A DNA stretch of 64,000 nucleotides from positions 7,535,095-7,599,094 of the forward strand of contig MU054391.1 of NCBI GenBank assembly GCA_013239625.1. The letters are read 5' to 3'. Origin of the DNA: Lama guanicoe. Taxonomy: Eukaryota. Positions 61,590 to 64,000 of the stretch are shown piece by piece (the first letter of the stretch is position 1; each line of letters starts with the position of its first letter). Under the pieces are notes generated by a model. The model was given only the letters and a program-made list of their open reading frames with translations. It was not told where the DNA came from and did no database searches. The position numbers were made by a program, and so were the translations under genes.

Positions 61590-62830
61590 TATACTTTTCC
61601 TTTTCTCTATCTTATTGTGCTGGCCAGGGTCTCAATTACAATACTGAATGTAACTTGTGATAGTGGGGAAAACTTGTCCCATGCCTGATGACAGAGGGAA
61701 CGCTTAACATTTTTTCCGTGTAATTAAAACAATTTTTTTGTTTGTTTCAAATACTGTTTCAGGTTAACAAAATTTTTCTAGCAAAATATATTTGGATACT
61801 CAGCAATGAATTTCATGTTTTCATTCATAGTCATAAACAGGATGATTTTATCTGTTGAGATGGTCATATCAATTTTCTCATTTTTTTTTGGTTAATATAA
61901 TCAATTACATGGATTAACGTTTAAATGCAGTGTTGAAATAAATGCTATTTGATGAGAAGAACCACTGGGAAATTTTTCCTATTTTCTATTCAATAGAAAA
62001 GTTGGCCTAAGCTTAATATTATTTCTTGATGAAGTTAGTTTAGAATTTACCAATGAGTAATCTGTGTTTAGACTCCTTTTTGTGAGCAAGTTTTTAGTTG
62101 TATATTTAATCCTTTTAAAATTTATGGACTGTTTGTATTTCTTTTTTCTTCCTATGTTAGAGTTAGAAATTTGTGTAAGCGTTTGTCTAATCTTCAAAAT
62201 TGCTTAAGGTTTTCAAATTACCTCTAGATAAGCTTTTTAAAATTCTGTAACATCTGCAAATAGCCCACTTTTTCTTCCTGATACTCATATTTTTGTCTCC
62301 TGTTTTCTTGGTCAGTTTGTCCAGGGGTTTCTCCATCTATTAGCATTTTAACTTTCTGCTCTACTGTGTATGTTTTCTTTATCGTTAACCCTCTCTTTAT
62401 ATCTTTCTTGCTGGCTTTCTTCTACTTTCTTTGGACTTGATTTACTATTCCTAAAACCATGAGATTGCTATTGAGAAAATATTAATTTTTCAGTCTTTGA
62501 TCTTTTCCAGTGTATTTATTTAAGCCTATTCATTGCTAAACTTCGCTTTAGCTATGTCTCATCAGTTTGCTCTGCCATGTTTTATTATCATGTTATTAAA
62601 ATGTTTTAGTAATCATGATCGTTTCTTCTTTGACCCAGAGGTTGTCACAGTGTATATCTTAATTTCTCAACAGATGTGAATTTTCAAATTATCTCCTGGT
62701 TATTGTTACCTGAATTGCACTCTGTCTGAAAACATTCTCCGAATAATTTTTATTCTTTTAAATGTGGGAAGAATTTCTAACTCAGCTATGCTCACTTTTT
62801 AAAAGTATTTCATGAGAACTAAAAGGAGTA
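61590..62830 (-). mobile_element. Old L1M ORF2 fragment
   Basis: CTTATTGTGCTGGCCAGGGTCTCAATTACAATACTGAAT; ORF 61979-62197 KRIKYTTKNLLTKRSLNTD resembles L1 ORF2 KEIESVIKNLPTKKSPGPD. Confidence 0.75.
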
Positions 62831-63950
62831 TTGCATAATAAACGGGTGACAAGATTTGGCCAAGGTCCAGTTCTGATTGAGCTGGAGTGAGAACACTCCA
62901 AGTTTCAATTCAAAGGCAGCCCGGATCCTCCTGTGCACTGTGCAGAAAGAGTCCCAGAAAAAAGCCTCACTTTCTTTCTTGAGATGAGGGACAGGGGCTT
63001 TTAACTGAAAGACAGAGTAGGAGAAATTCTCTGATTTATTTTTCCTCTCCTGAGCGCATCCTCAAGCCAACCCCAGACCTCTATATGGCAGAAAGGATGC
63101 CATCTTACATTTGAAGCTCATTTTAAAGTCTTTGTTGAATTTACTCCTGCTGGAAAATTGCAGATAATAATATTTGTTTTGTATTTTGAGAAGCTGAAGT
63201 ACAGGGAGTATGCGTGACTCTGTCAATGACACACATTGCTCAGAGGACCAATTTTATCCCAATTAAATAAAGCAAACTTACAGACTGGGTGTTTTATTCG
63301 AAAATTACAGCCTTCGTTAATAAATCAAATTGATAGATTTCAAGGTTTTCAGTAGAAGGAAAAATTGTGTAGAAGCAGAAGTTGCTAGACCTTCAAATTA
63401 CAGCTCTTCTTCGGAGCTCTCTGCTTGCCCTGGGTAATTACCACCTCTGCCAACCATCAGGCCTCCAAGGTCCGCAGCTTTGCCCGGGGCTGACACGGCA
63501 GTGCGGCTGAGATGAGAACCTGTTCAGCGTAATCGTACTGCATTATGTGAAACCTGACAATTTAGCTTAGAAGCCCCCTCTTCACAATTTGGGGTCCACA
63601 TTCTACCCAGTTCCGACTGGTACAAGTCAGTGTAAATCCCTAAGGAGGGCAGGGTAGGAGTGAGCCAGGTGCAGACTCTGGCAGAAGTCCCACCCCCTCC
63701 ATCTTTGTACATTTTCAGAGATCTACTTTCCTCTTGGCACATCTCTCTTCCCTTTGCTGTATCCTCGGTGCACCTGCTTTATGGGAGATAAGGCGTCACT
63801 GGAGCGAAATGCAGTAGGAAATAGGGCAGAAAGCAGAAATCATCATAAGGCAACAATGTCAGCCTGCCACGTGTTTTAATATGATGTCTAAGATCCGGAG
63901 TCTCTTTCCTGGTAATTCTCTGTGCAGCAGACTTGGGGGACTATGGATGA

Positions 63951-64000
63951 TGTACTGGATTGAATAGGGTTCTCCCCAAATTCATGTCTACCAGCAACCT
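63951..64000 (+). mobile_element. 5' start of an MLT1-type MaLR LTR (runs off the window)
   Basis: TGTACTGGATTGAATAGGGTTCTCCCCAAATTCATGTCTACC resembles MLT1 5' ends. Confidence 0.6.

Noticed and set aside
1..64000. ORF-track entries (60-181 aa) as protein-coding genes
   Set aside because: None resembles a protein family I recognise apart from L1/L2 remnants. Many start at non-ATG codons, overlap on both strands or lie in repeats, and no consistent exon chain is visible.

Overview
This is mammalian non-coding DNA, intergenic or deep intronic. I found no supportable protein-coding gene, tRNA, rRNA or CRISPR array, and the ORF track is consistent with chance ORFs and antisense repeat reading frames. 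Much of the window is ancient eutherian repeats: many MIR and L2 fragments, old L1/HAL1 pieces, MaLR (MLT1) and ERVL (MLT2) solo LTRs, and DNA-transposon fossils (MADE2, MER81, MER45A, MER5, MER91, MER103C-like). Younger insertions are two cetartiodactyl-type L1 3' ends and one ERV1-like solo LTR. I saw no Alu, B1/B2, Can-SINE, Bov-tA/BovB, CHR or PRE-1 copies, which points tentatively to a camelid. The most substantive hidden feature is a decayed hAT-Tip100 (Zaphod-type) transposase at about 5.19-7.44 kb. It is absent from the ORF track and split by nested insertions. The unique sequence between repeats carries several dense transcription-factor motif clusters (ETS/RUNX/GATA, AP-1/STAT/IRF, a triple DR4 nuclear-receptor array), suggesting an enhancer-rich interval; this is inference from motifs only. 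Repeat family names come from recalled consensus sequences, and boundaries are approximate (tens of bp). I found no evidence of a genuinely novel biological system.
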